The position numbers were made by a program, and so were the translations under genes. This document shows positions 38,225 to 48,400 of a stretch of 64,000 nt of DNA, piece after piece. The DNA lies in the NCBI GenBank assembly GCA_964397995.1, contig CAYNLG010000005.1, positions 322 through 64,321 of the forward strand, in the 5' to 3' direction. The notes below the pieces were generated by a model. It was not told where the DNA came from. It searched no databases and saw only the letters and a program-made list of their open reading frames with translations. The DNA is from an uncultured Anaerolineales bacterium. GTDB taxonomy: Bacteria; Planctomycetota; Phycisphaerae; FEN-1346. Position 1 is the first letter of the stretch, and every line of letters starts with the position of its first letter.

Positions 38225-40336
38225 GTGACTGGGAGGTGGCCGACATCGGTGGAGACTGTATATATAGCCTTGGGGAATAGGAACAGAGTACCGGAGAGGG
38301 CGTTTGAGGACGGAGGCGTTGGCAGTTTCTATTGGGGGCAAGGCGAGAATCTCACTGGCACGGAGTCTGTCGGGGATGTACACTTCTGGGGAATGAGGGC
38401 CTTGGCTGAGGAACCGGCAATGTGCGAGCTTCTTGAGCTTGCCCGGAAGCAGTTTGGGGAGAGTCTGAGTGAGTCCGAAGCCGGTGTCATTAAGGCCGCC
38501 TCCGTGGGGGACGCTTGTGGGTATGGCGGGTGGGCTGATGTGCAAGCACCCTTATGGGAGGCAGAGTCGAAAACGGGCCAAGTTGTCCGGTCGAAAGTCG
38601 TCCGCTGGCTGTGCTCAGATTCTGCGGCGAAGTCGCTTGTTCGCCTGCAGGGACTGATAATCCGCGGGTTTGTGTTCGAGGAATTGCTTGACCTAAGCAT
38701 GGTGCGGGCGCCGTTCCCTCTCGTCCTACAGAATTGTGTCTTGAGACGTGGTATTGTCCTGACCTTCGCAGAACTCGCACTTCTCGATCTATCGCAGAGT
38801 CGAACGGGGCCGGTCCTGGCTAACGGAGTAGAGATTGCGCGAGGACTCTTTCTGAATGGCTTGGAATGTCATGGTTGGCATATTGACGGCCTGGGTGGCA
38901 AATGTTGCATATCATTGCAAAAGGCCATTGTGCGAAGTGAGATGAGTGTGATAGAGGCGCGTTTGGTCGCAGGCGATGGCGTCGCTTTGTGTTTGCGGGG
39001 GGCAACTGTGGAAGGCGGAGTGTCAATGCCGGGGCTTTGGGCAGAGGGAGAGTTGGATTTTCAGGAGATCGCCATCGCCGGGACGCTGGACATGACGGAT
39101 GTGCATGTGGCCAGTCGCGGCCGAGTGGCCGTCACGTTGGACCGGGCGCATGTGGGGAAGGCCCTTGCCATGTGCGGAGACTTCAGGGCCCTTGGACAGG
39201 TTAGGCTCGCCGGCGCTATGGTGAACGATGTATTGCACTGCTCGGGCTGCTGGATCGTTCACGATGGCGACTTCGCCGTGATGGCCGATGCCGTGCGCGT
39301 GGGCAGCCAGGCCGCATTTGATGGCGCGCGCATAGGAGGTGGCGTGCGAATGGCTTTCGCGAGACTTGAGGGGCACTTTGGCTGTACTGCGGCGTTGCTG
39401 GTTTCCGGCTCAAAACCTGCTCTGGATATACAAGTGGCGAGAATTGGCGGCAGTGTCTTCTTGGACGAGGGCTTCTGTGCGCATGGCGAGGTCAGCGTGC
39501 TGGGCGCCATGATCGGCGGGGACCTTGACTGTACGGGCGGGCGCTTTCTGAATGCGGGGGCAAAGGCATTGTCTGCGGATGGCGCGCAGATAGGCAGCAG
39601 GCTGTTGATGCATTCGGGGTTCGAAGTCCGCGGCGAATTGAGGCTGTTTTACGTCAAGGTCCCCGTGCTTAAGGACGAAGTGCAAAGCTGGCCCACGAGA
39701 GGGAACTTGTGCCTGGAAGGCTTCAGTTACGACTTTATGAGGCCGGCGTCCGCAGAGTCGGGCCTAGGCAATCGTCTTCAGTGGATCGAGAGGCAGTACC
39801 CACAAGAGCGAAGCCGATGGCGCGGGAGCTTCTGTCCGCATCCGTACACCGAGTTGGCGCGGGCTTACCGACGAATGGGAATGCCAAGGGAGGCAAGGAA
39901 GGCTCTCATTGGAAAGCACAAGCATGAAAGGCGCCACGGTACCATGAGCCGGCGCCGCAAGGCGGGGGACTGGTTTCTTGGATTCGTTGTAGGGCACGGC
40001 TATGCCATGTGGCGAGTTCTGATCTTTGCCGGCATTCTTTTTGCAGTCACCTGGGCGGCGGTTGCTTGGGGGAATGCTCAAGGCCTAATGGTTCGAAGTG
40101 GAGACTCGGTGGGTCCCCTGCCATTGCTGTACCCCTTCGTCTATGCCTTGGATGCCTTGGTTCCGTTTGTGGACTTGCACCAGGAGAGCAATTGGGTGCC
40201 CGACGCCGCGGAGGGGGCGTGGCACACGGGGTTTCTGCTTCAGGTTCTGATATACGTCAACATTATTTCGGGGTGGGTTCTTTTGACAGCCGCCATAGCC
40301 GGGTTGGCGAACGTCGTGAAGCACGAGTCGGAGTAG
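38225..40336 (+). CDS. orphan 703-aa protein with a repetitive beta-helix/pentapeptide-like middle region and a C-terminal multi-TM domain
   Basis: Periodic G/A/V/L repeats (ARIGGGVRMAFARLEG, ARIGGSVFLDEGF, GAMIGGDLDCTGG, ADGAQIGSRLL) and C-terminal hydrophobic helices (VLIFAGILFAVTWAAVAW; VLIYVNIISGWVLLTAAIAGLA). GTG start embedded in a triple GTGACTGGG repeat. Lower GC than its neighbours. Confidence 0.6.
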   Translation: MTGRWPTSVETVYIALGNRNRVPERAFEDGGVGSFYWGQGENLTGTESVGDVHFWGMRALAEEPAMCELLELARKQFGESLSESEAGVIKAASVGDACGYGGWADVQAPLWEAESKTGQVVRSKVVRWLCSDSAAKSLVRLQGLIIRGFVFEELLDLSMVRAPFPLVLQNCVLRRGIVLTFAELALLDLSQSRTGPVLANGVEIARGLFLNGLECHGWHIDGLGGKCCISLQKAIVRSEMSVIEARLVAGDGVALCLRGATVEGGVSMPGLWAEGELDFQEIAIAGTLDMTDVHVASRGRVAVTLDRAHVGKALAMCGDFRALGQVRLAGAMVNDVLHCSGCWIVHDGDFAVMADAVRVGSQAAFDGARIGGGVRMAFARLEGHFGCTAALLVSGSKPALDIQVARIGGSVFLDEGFCAHGEVSVLGAMIGGDLDCTGGRFLNAGAKALSADGAQIGSRLLMHSGFEVRGELRLFYVKVPVLKDEVQSWPTRGNLCLEGFSYDFMRPASAESGLGNRLQWIERQYPQERSRWRGSFCPHPYTELARAYRRMGMPREARKALIGKHKHERRHGTMSRRRKAGDWFLGFVVGHGYAMWRVLIFAGILFAVTWAAVAWGNAQGLMVRSGDSVGPLPLLYPFVYALDALVPFVDLHQESNWVPDAAEGAWHTGFLLQVLIYVNIISGWVLLTAAIAGLANVVKHESE

Positions 40337-40630
40337 CCCTCGCTGGCAGGCGGGCCCGTGGAGTGCGGCTCGGGGGCGCCTGGCAAGGTGGCTATAACAT
40401 CAGCATCCATGGCGGTGCCGCTCCCATCGTAGTCCACAGGAAACGCCAAATGGCGCAACACCGAGAACGGCAGCGACTCCGTCGCCACGACAAGGCGCTG
40501 ATCCGTCAGCACACTCCATGTGACGGCCACTGCCGCGCGGGACCGGGGCGGGGACGGACCGCGTGACCGCGAGCTTCCGCTCGGGGCCCGAAACGGCCCG
40601 GCCGCCCCGGCGATGCGAAGACGGCACGGC

Positions 40631-41848
40631 CTACCGGCGGCTGAGGAGGCGTTTGGCGTAGTCGGCGGCCAGGTCAAGTACGGCCTTCGGCGCGCCCGCC
40701 CCCGCGACCGGTTCGGTCGCCACGGGCTTGAGGAAGACCAACCCCTTACCCGCCTCGCCGGTGGTGCGGGCGTCGCGGAGATTCGGGACCACGGCCGACG
40801 GGTCGGCGGCCAGGCGAGCGGCGGCGGCCTTGCCGACGTAGACGTTGGCGAAGCGGTAGCTGTCCTTCTGGTCGCACCAGATGTCGAAACCGGCATTGCC
40901 GCAGACGTTGCTGTCGCGCATCTCTGGGATGCCGCGGTCGGACATGGTGTTGCCGGCAAACCCGCCACCCTGGTTCGCGGTGATCTCGCACAGGCTGATA
41001 TGCGGAAAACTCTTGTGGTCGCACTGGTAGCCAACACCCCGGCATGCTTTGATGGTAACCCGGGCCACGGGCGTGCTTTCGTCGAAACCGTTGATCCCAT
41101 GTCCCAAGCTGTAGAGCACGGCTGTGTCGGAGATCTGCGTGTCGGTTGAATGGATCCAAACGCCCAGTCGGTTGCCCACGAGCGCGCAATGCGAGACATT
41201 CGCCCCGCCTTTGTGGATCTCCAGCCCCTTCTCCGCCAGGGCGATGACGCACCACGCGAGCGTGCTGCCGGGGGCCTGGATGCGGATGCCTGCCCAGCCG
41301 CGCCGCTTGTTGGCGGGGACGAAGGCGATCGGGTTGGTCTCGGTGCCCTCGGCGAGGAGGCGGCCCGAGACGACGAGGCCCGCCTCCGGGGCCGCCTCCA
41401 GGCGCGTGCCCGGGCGCACCGTCAGCGTGACGCCGGTCGGGACGGCCAGCTGGCCCACGACGTGGACCACGGCGCCCGGGCCGCCGACCGTGCGGTCGGC
41501 CGTCAGGGCGGCGGGCAACGTGGACTCGGTGCGACGGGGATCGGCCTCGCCGACACCGGGGCGGCGGTCGGCCGGGGGCTTGTCGGGCGCCGCCAGAGCC
41601 GCCTTGGCGGCCGCGTGGTCCGGGTCGATGCGGAGGACGGCCTGCCAGCAGGCCCTGGCGTCAGCGGCGCGGCCGGCGCGGGCGGCGGCCTCGGCGAAGC
41701 GGGTGAGTTTGGCGACGGCCTCGGCATCGGCGCGGGCGACGGCGGCGGCCCGCTCCTGCTCGATGGCCTGGACCCGGTCGTCGGTGCCTGCGGCCGCAGC
41801 TGGGGCGGCCACCAGGGCGAGAAGCACGAGCGGCGCGGCGCGAAACAT
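40631..41848 (-). CDS. secreted right-handed beta-helix repeat protein (pectin-lyase-fold, PbH1-like)
   Basis: Signal MFRAAPLVLLALVAAPAAAAG, then repeated beta-helix turns (NVSHCALVGNRLGVWIH, NVCGNAGFDIW, CEITANQGGGFAGN). Confidence 0.65.
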   Translation of the reverse strand: MFRAAPLVLLALVAAPAAAAGTDDRVQAIEQERAAAVARADAEAVAKLTRFAEAAARAGRAADARACWQAVLRIDPDHAAAKAALAAPDKPPADRRPGVGEADPRRTESTLPAALTADRTVGGPGAVVHVVGQLAVPTGVTLTVRPGTRLEAAPEAGLVVSGRLLAEGTETNPIAFVPANKRRGWAGIRIQAPGSTLAWCVIALAEKGLEIHKGGANVSHCALVGNRLGVWIHSTDTQISDTAVLYSLGHGINGFDESTPVARVTIKACRGVGYQCDHKSFPHISLCEITANQGGGFAGNTMSDRGIPEMRDSNVCGNAGFDIWCDQKDSYRFANVYVGKAAAARLAADPSAVVPNLRDARTTGEAGKGLVFLKPVATEPVAGAGAPKAVLDLAADYAKRLLSRR

Positions 41849-42429
41849 GACAGTCCCCCTTTCGATGATGATCCGACGCGTGAGAGAGGCAGACGCCGCG
41901 ATCTTTCGGGCCATTGTGGCGCGAAAGGGCCGGGGACGCAAGGGGGCGTTTGTTGGTCTCGAAGAAGAGGCGAACGCGAGGGAAGAAGAAGGCGGCGGGG
42001 GCTGGGGAAGAAGACACGCAAAAGGGCCAAGACTGGGTGCCCGGGGGAAGAAGAATACGGCCAGGGCAAAACGTCAGACGGCAGCCAAAGCGGCGTCGAG
42101 GCCGCCGCAGTCCATAGAGCGGCGACGGCAAACGACACGCGTGGGGGCGAGCCCCGCGGCGAAAAGGGCAAAGCAGAACTCACGGGCAGGATGCCCGTGC
42201 TACGGGGAAACGGCGATGGCAAGACGGCGAACGGCAGCCAAAGCGGTGCCGGTGGCACCGCAGTCCAAGGTCCGGCTGCGCCGGACATGGAAGACGGCAG
42301 CGGCCACGGCGCGCGGCAATCGCGGGGAAACCCGGCCGGGGTCGGCTGGTTCAATCCCTCGGAACGCGACGGGCTTGGCTGCGCCCTCGGGCCGGGCGGG
42401 CGGCCCGGGCTGAGACTGAGGGACTCCGC

Positions 42430-45270
42430 ATGAGGCAGTGGACGCTGATGATTCTGGTTGCCGCGTGGGCGGCGCTTGCGGGCGCGGGGGCGGCCGGGGC
42501 CGACGCCGAGACGGCGGTGTTGACCGTGGAGACGCCGTGGCGGTTTTACGTGGTGCCGAAACCGGGGGCCGGGCGGCCGAAGGCGGCGCCGGCGGCGGAG
42601 TGGGCGGCGCGCCCCTTCGACGACTCCGCCTGGCCCAGCCACACGGGGCCGGTGTTCGGCGGGTACGGGTACGACCGGATGGCGGACCAGGTGGGGGTGT
42701 TGCTGGTGCAGGGGCGGTTCCGGGTGGCGGACCCGCGTGGGGTGCGGCGGCTGGCGCTCGTGGTGGTGTATCGCGGCGGGGTGGTGGTGGCGGTGAACGG
42801 GCGAGAGATCGGGCGCGGCCATTTGCCGCGGGGCCCGCTCGGGCCGCTGTCGGAGGCGGCGGGGTATCCGCGAGAGGCGTACGTGCGTCCGGACGCGGAC
42901 GTGTTGCTTCCGAACTACGGCAGCCGCACCCCGCCGGAGGAGGTGCGCGGGCGGTACGAGGGGCGTCTGCGGCGGTTGCGTGTGGAGGTGCCGCCGGAGG
43001 TGCTGCGGGCGGGGGTGAACGTGCTGGCGCTCCGGATTCATCACGCGGCCGAGCCGGTGGGGTTGCCCGAGGGCCGCGCGACCCTGCGGTGGGGGACGGC
43101 GGGGCTGGTGGACCTGACCTTGAGGGGCGAGCCGGAGGCGGCCTTCCGCGGGGGGGCGGCGGCGCGCGCGGGGGGCGTGCGGCTGTGGAACGCCGAGGCG
43201 TGCCAGGCGATCGACCCCGAGGCGCCGGGGGCCAGCCGCCTGGAGCAGGTGCGGCCGATTCGCCTCGATGTGCCGCGCGGCGGGGTGGCCAGCGGGCAGG
43301 TGGTGGCCGAGGGGGACGGGCCGCTGGCGGGGTTGGCGGCGGAGGTCGGGCCGCTGGTGGGGCCGGGGGGGGCGACGTTGCCGGCGTCGGCGGTGCGGGT
43401 GCGGTATGCGCGGCTGGGGGGGAAGTACGTGGGCCTGTTCGACCGGCCGCAGCAGGGGGCCCGGGTGCAGCCGGTGTGGGTGACGGTGGAGCCGGCGGCA
43501 GACGCGGCGCCCGGGGCGTATGCGGGGACGCTGAGGGTGCGGACGGCGGGCGGGGTGCGGGAGGTGCCGCTGGAGGTGCGGGTGCACGGGTGGCAGGCGG
43601 GGCCGCCGTCGGCGTGGGCGACGTGTATCAACGTGCTGCAGTCGCCGGAGTCGGTGGCGGGGCATTACGGGGTGGGGCTGTGGTCGGACCGGCACTTTGA
43701 GCTGATGGCGGCGTCGATGCGGCTGATGGGGGAGCTGGGCAACGACGTGCTGGGGGTGGGGGCGGTCGGGAAGAGCGTCTTCGGCGACGACCCGCTGGTG
43801 GTCTTTCGGCGCGAGGGGGGGCGGTTGGAGCCGGACTTCCGGTTCCTGGACCGGTACCTGGCGCTGTACGACCGGCACGCCCACGCGCCGCGGTTCCTGT
43901 CGGTGCACGTGTGGAACTATGGCATGTACTACAAGGGGTACGGGCGCGACGGCAAGGCCGGGCGCGACGTCCCGGACGGCGCGGCGCAGCGGGCGGAGAC
44001 GATTCCGATTCAGGTGCTGGAGGGGGGCCGGGTGCGGGCGGCGGAGATGCCGATTTTCGGCGAGCCGGGGACGGAGGCCGTGTGGAAGGCCGTGCTGGAC
44101 GGCGTGCGGGCGCGGGTGAAGGCGCTGGGGTGGACGGAGACGCGGATGTTGCTTGGGACGTCGGGGGACACGTGGCCGTCGGCGGAGACGGTGGCGTTCT
44201 TCCAGGGATTCGCGCCGGAGGTGGAGTGGCGGGTGCTGACGCATGGATGCGGGTGTCCGCACTGGGGGCGGACGCGGTTCGAGCGGACGCAGCCGAACGG
44301 GATGGTGGTGGGGTACCTGGAGATTGCGCGGCGGGTGGGCAACAGCCGGCCGCCCCTGGCGGACCACCCGGTGCCCTGCAACTGCCGCGACAAGGTGGGG
44401 CACCACGCGTCGACGTATCGCGACCTGGTGCCGCTGACGACGGTGGCGGTGGGGTACGACGGCATCTGCTGGAAGGGCATCGACTACTGGTCGTACGAGA
44501 CGGCCGAGGGGACGCGCCGCAGCGCGCTGAACACGTATGTGCACTTCGGGAACATGGTCGGCGGCACGCCGCGCGCCATGGCCGTGGCCGGGCCGGACGG
44601 GGCGGTGGCGACCGTGCAGACGGAGATGTTCCGCGAGGGGACGCTGGCGTGCGAGGCGGTGCTGGCGGTGCGGCGTGAGCTGGGGCGGCTGTATCCGCGG
44701 CCGATGAAGACGTACGACGCGGCGACGGTCCGGCTGCACGACGCGCTGACGCGGATTCTCGTGGACCGCGAGACGGGCAAGCAGACGGTGGCCGGCCCGC
44801 GGGCGCTGGACCTGACGCTCCGGTACGCGGACGGCCGGGTCCAGCCGCCGGTCGACGGCAAGTCGCCGACGTTCAACACGGCCCGCCACACCGGCACGGC
44901 CACGCCCGCCGGCGACGGGGCCATCGACCTGGCCGTCGAGGTCAACGACGACGCCTGGGTCAAGGGCGGCACGGGGACGTACCGCGTGACGCTCCGCCGC
45001 GAGGGCCGCACCCTCACGGGCACGTACACCGGGCGGTTCACCGACCGCCAGGGCCGGACCGCCGACGTCCGGGGCAAGGTGACGGGCGTCTTTGAGGCCG
45101 GCGTTCTGACCGAGCCGGCCGGCCCGCCGCCGCCCAAGGACGACCGCTACCGCGAGGCGGAGGCGGCCGTAGAGGCCCTCATCGCGTGCGTGGAGAAGGG
45201 CGGCGACTGGGCGGGGTCGGTGGCGCGGCTGTACGAGGTGGCGGGGGACCTGGCCGCCGCCGAGAAGTAG
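42430..45270 (+). CDS. large secreted protein (946 aa), possibly glycoside-hydrolase-like (DUF4091-type)
   Basis: Signal peptide, an N-terminal beta-sandwich-like region, and a central W/Y/H-rich region (HVWNYGMYYKGYG; GICWKGIDYWSYE). Assignment from memory only. Confidence 0.5.
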   Translation: MRQWTLMILVAAWAALAGAGAAGADAETAVLTVETPWRFYVVPKPGAGRPKAAPAAEWAARPFDDSAWPSHTGPVFGGYGYDRMADQVGVLLVQGRFRVADPRGVRRLALVVVYRGGVVVAVNGREIGRGHLPRGPLGPLSEAAGYPREAYVRPDADVLLPNYGSRTPPEEVRGRYEGRLRRLRVEVPPEVLRAGVNVLALRIHHAAEPVGLPEGRATLRWGTAGLVDLTLRGEPEAAFRGGAAARAGGVRLWNAEACQAIDPEAPGASRLEQVRPIRLDVPRGGVASGQVVAEGDGPLAGLAAEVGPLVGPGGATLPASAVRVRYARLGGKYVGLFDRPQQGARVQPVWVTVEPAADAAPGAYAGTLRVRTAGGVREVPLEVRVHGWQAGPPSAWATCINVLQSPESVAGHYGVGLWSDRHFELMAASMRLMGELGNDVLGVGAVGKSVFGDDPLVVFRREGGRLEPDFRFLDRYLALYDRHAHAPRFLSVHVWNYGMYYKGYGRDGKAGRDVPDGAAQRAETIPIQVLEGGRVRAAEMPIFGEPGTEAVWKAVLDGVRARVKALGWTETRMLLGTSGDTWPSAETVAFFQGFAPEVEWRVLTHGCGCPHWGRTRFERTQPNGMVVGYLEIARRVGNSRPPLADHPVPCNCRDKVGHHASTYRDLVPLTTVAVGYDGICWKGIDYWSYETAEGTRRSALNTYVHFGNMVGGTPRAMAVAGPDGAVATVQTEMFREGTLACEAVLAVRRELGRLYPRPMKTYDAATVRLHDALTRILVDRETGKQTVAGPRALDLTLRYADGRVQPPVDGKSPTFNTARHTGTATPAGDGAIDLAVEVNDDAWVKGGTGTYRVTLRREGRTLTGTYTGRFTDRQGRTADVRGKVTGVFEAGVLTEPAGPPPPKDDRYREAEAAVEALIACVEKGGDWAGSVARLYEVAGDLAAAEK

Positions 45271-45484
45271 GGCCGCGCCGCGGGCCACCGCGGCCGAGAC
45301 GCGCCCCGCCGGGCCGGGCGAGGTCCGGCCGCATTTCTCTGTGACACCGACCGCGCCCGCGGTACAACCATCTTGGGCGGAACCCGGGGGCCGCCGGCCG
45401 CGTCTATCCTCGTATCCGGCTTCGGGTCGGCGGGCCCCCGTCGGGGGCGCGCCCCCGTTCGAACCCTGGTCCGAGGGCACACGA

Positions 45485-48400
45485 ATGACGCGTTACGGAA
45501 CCTGGCTGTGGCTGGCGGCGGTGATCGGGCTCTGCGGGACCGGGACGTGGGCAGCCGCCGCGGCGGCGCCTCCCGAGGCCGCGCCCGCGGCCCCGGCGGC
45601 CGACGACGACGCCCCGCTCAAAGAGCAGACGATCTACATCCCGTACGAGAAGTTGCGGGAGGTGTTCGAGGCGCAGGGGCGCGGCGTCTTTCTGCCGTAC
45701 GAGCGGTTCCAGGAGCTGTGGAAGGCCGCACGCGAGGCCCGGACGCGTCCGCCCGAGGCCGCGCCGCCCATCGAGACGCTCATCGCCGAGGCCGCCTACG
45801 TCGCGACCGTGGCCAAGGACGTGGTCACGGTCGACGGCACGCTCCGCATCGAGGTCCTGAAGGAGGGGTGGAACGAGATACCGCTCGGCCTTCCCCACGC
45901 CGCCATCACCCGGGCCGCTCTCGGCGACGAGCCGGCGCGGATCGTGTCGCGCGGCGAGGCGGGGTACGCGTTGCTGGTGGAGAACGCGGCCGACGCGCCG
46001 CAGGTGCTGGAGCTGGCGCTGACCTTCGCCAAGGCCTACACGAAGGCGCCCGGCCAGAACAGCGTGACGTTCCAGGCGCCGCGGTCGCCGGTCAGCCGCT
46101 GGGACGTCCGCATCCCCGAGTCGGGCGTCAAGGTCAACATCCAGCCCCTCCTGGCCGCCACCGAGGTGCCGGACGAGGCGGGCGCCGACCAGACGCGGGT
46201 CCTGGCGTTCGTCGGGGCCGCCCCCCAGGTCCGGATCGACTGGACCCCCAAGGCCGAGGGCGCCAAGGGTCTGGAGGCCCTGGCCACCGTCCAGTGCCGC
46301 CAGCAGGTCACCATCGACGAGGGCGTGACACGCACCCGGGCCGAACTCGCCTACGAAATCAGCCGCGCCGAACTCCCGCGCCTCGTCGTCGACGTCCCCC
46401 TGGACCAGAAGGTCGTCAACGTCTTCGACCCGAACGTGCGCGAGTGGTCGGTCGAGCAGGTGGCGGCCGACGAAGTCCGGCGGATCGAGGTCCAGCTCTT
46501 CGAGCCCGCCAAGGGGAGCCAGGACCTGGTGGTCGAGCTGGAGAAGTTCGCCAGCGACACGTTGGTGGCCGTGCCCGTCGTCCGGGCCCGCAACGTCGGC
46601 CGCCAGCAGGGCTGGGTCGTCGTGGGCGTCGCCGACGGCCTCCGGGCCGAGGCCGTCCGCCGCGAGGGCCTCCTTCAGGTCGACGCCACCGAGCTGCCCG
46701 CGCCCCTGCGCGGCAAGCGGTGGGACTTCTCGTACCGGTACGCCACGGTGCCTTTCGACCTGGAGCTCCGGGTCGAGACCATCCAGCCGCGCCTGCTGGC
46801 CGAGACGCTCGTCGAGGCCCACCTCGCGCCGGAGGACCTGACGCTTGACGTGCTCGTCGTCTACGATGTCCAGCGGGCCGGCGTCTTCAACCTGGCGGTG
46901 CGCATCCCCGAGGGGTTCGAGGTCCGGAGCGTCGCGGGCGTCCAGGCGGGCGGGGCCCAGCCCGTGGTGGTTGACGCCCACCACGTCGAGGCCCAGCCCG
47001 AGCGGCGCCTCGTCGTCAACCTCGGCCGCAAGGCCCTCGGCCAGGTGGCCCTGGCGGTCCAGCTCCACCGGCCGCTGCGCGAGCCCGACCTGCTGGCCCC
47101 CACCGGCAAGGCCGCGACCGTCCCCGTCCCCGTGCCGCGCGTCGACCCGGAGACGGTCGAGCGCGAGAGCGGCCGCCTGGTCGTCTACGCCCCGGAGAGC
47201 CTGCGCGTGAACCCGGAGACGGCCGACGGTCTGCGGGCGGTTTCCCACGGCGAGGCCGTCCAAGGCATGCGGAGCACGCGGCGTGGCGGGGAGCGGCCGG
47301 CGCTGGCCTACGCCTACAGCCGCGACGCCGTCGCGCTGGCGCTGGCGGCCGAGCGGCGCAAGCCCCAGGTGACCGTCGGCCAGTTGCTGACGGCCCGCAT
47401 CGAGTCGGGCGTCGTCCAGTTCGAGGCCCGGCTCTTCTACGACATCCTTTACAGCGGCGTCAAAAGCGTCCGCCTGGACATCCCGGCCGAGGTCGCGCCG
47501 GAGCTCCGTGTCACAAGCGGCGACATCCGGCACACCGTGGATGACGACGCCGCCGACCTCGCCGACGGCATGGTGGCCTGGCGCCTGACGGGCGAGACCG
47601 AACTGATGGGCCGCCGCGAGATCCGCCTGAAGTGGGAGCGAACCATCGAGAAGCTCGACCTCGGCAACCCCACCGAGATCGCCATCCCGCGCCTCGTGCC
47701 CCGCGAGGTCGACCGGGCCTGGGGCCAGATCGTCCTCGCGAAGGCCGAGACGATCGACGTCATGCCGGCCGAGATGGAGGAATCGCTCCGGCCGATCGAC
47801 CCGCAGCACGACCTGATGCACGGTGTCCGCATCCCGGACGCGGCCCTGGCCTTCGAGTTCCACGACGCCTGGCACATGACCGTCCAGGCCACCCGCTACG
47901 AGCCGAAGGACATCAAGGCGACCGCCGTCGAGGCCGCCGTCGTCCGCTTCGTCGTGACGCGCGGCGACGTGACGAGCGTCCAGGCGCTATACCGGATGCG
48001 AAGCTTCCGGCAGCGGCTGGTCATCCGTCTGCCCGGCGAGGTCGACTTCGACATCCAGCCGGTCCGCCTGAACGGGCGGCCCGTCTCGCTGGAGCAGGGC
48101 GAGGGCGGCGACTACTTCGTGCCCCTGGTCGGCCAGGAACAGAACACGCCCTTCCTGCTCGAACTCCGCTACACCGTGCGGGGGGGCGGGCTGACCCTGA
48201 GCGGTCCCGAGTTCCCCGAAGAGCCCGCCATCCAGAAGGTCTACGCCGCCGTCTACATCCCCACCGAGTGGGTCTACCTGGGAAAGCGCGGCCAGTGGAC
48301 GCCGGAGCTGGTCTGGCGCCTGCGCGGCTTCGGGGCGGCGCCGGTCGGCATGTACGACAGCGGCTGGCTGCTGCCGTGGGTGACGCGCGGCGTGGACGTG

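Larger units (their letters stand above)
37670..40340. other. low-GC segment immediately 3' of tRNA-Met: putative horizontally acquired islet (no integrase or att repeat found)
   Basis: There is a visible compositional shift (AT-rich runs, codon usage with many A/T-ending codons in the 38225-40336 ORF) against the ~70% GC flanks. A tRNA 3' end is a classical insertion site. Confidence 0.4.

Noticed and set aside
37626-38246. Lys-rich ORF (…KKKTKTATKKPNEGKKKTKRAQKKPPEAKKRHEKSQKKPKK…) on the minus strand
   Set aside because: It is the reverse-complement reading of the phased T-tracts (A-runs translate as Lys), not a histone-like protein.
40337-40630. Searched for a direct repeat of the tRNA-Met 3' end (ggttcgaatccacccgccgcc) to mark an att site at the far end of the low-GC islet
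   Set aside because: No copy was found by eye within the following ~3 kb, and no integrase is present. The island call is therefore kept at low confidence.
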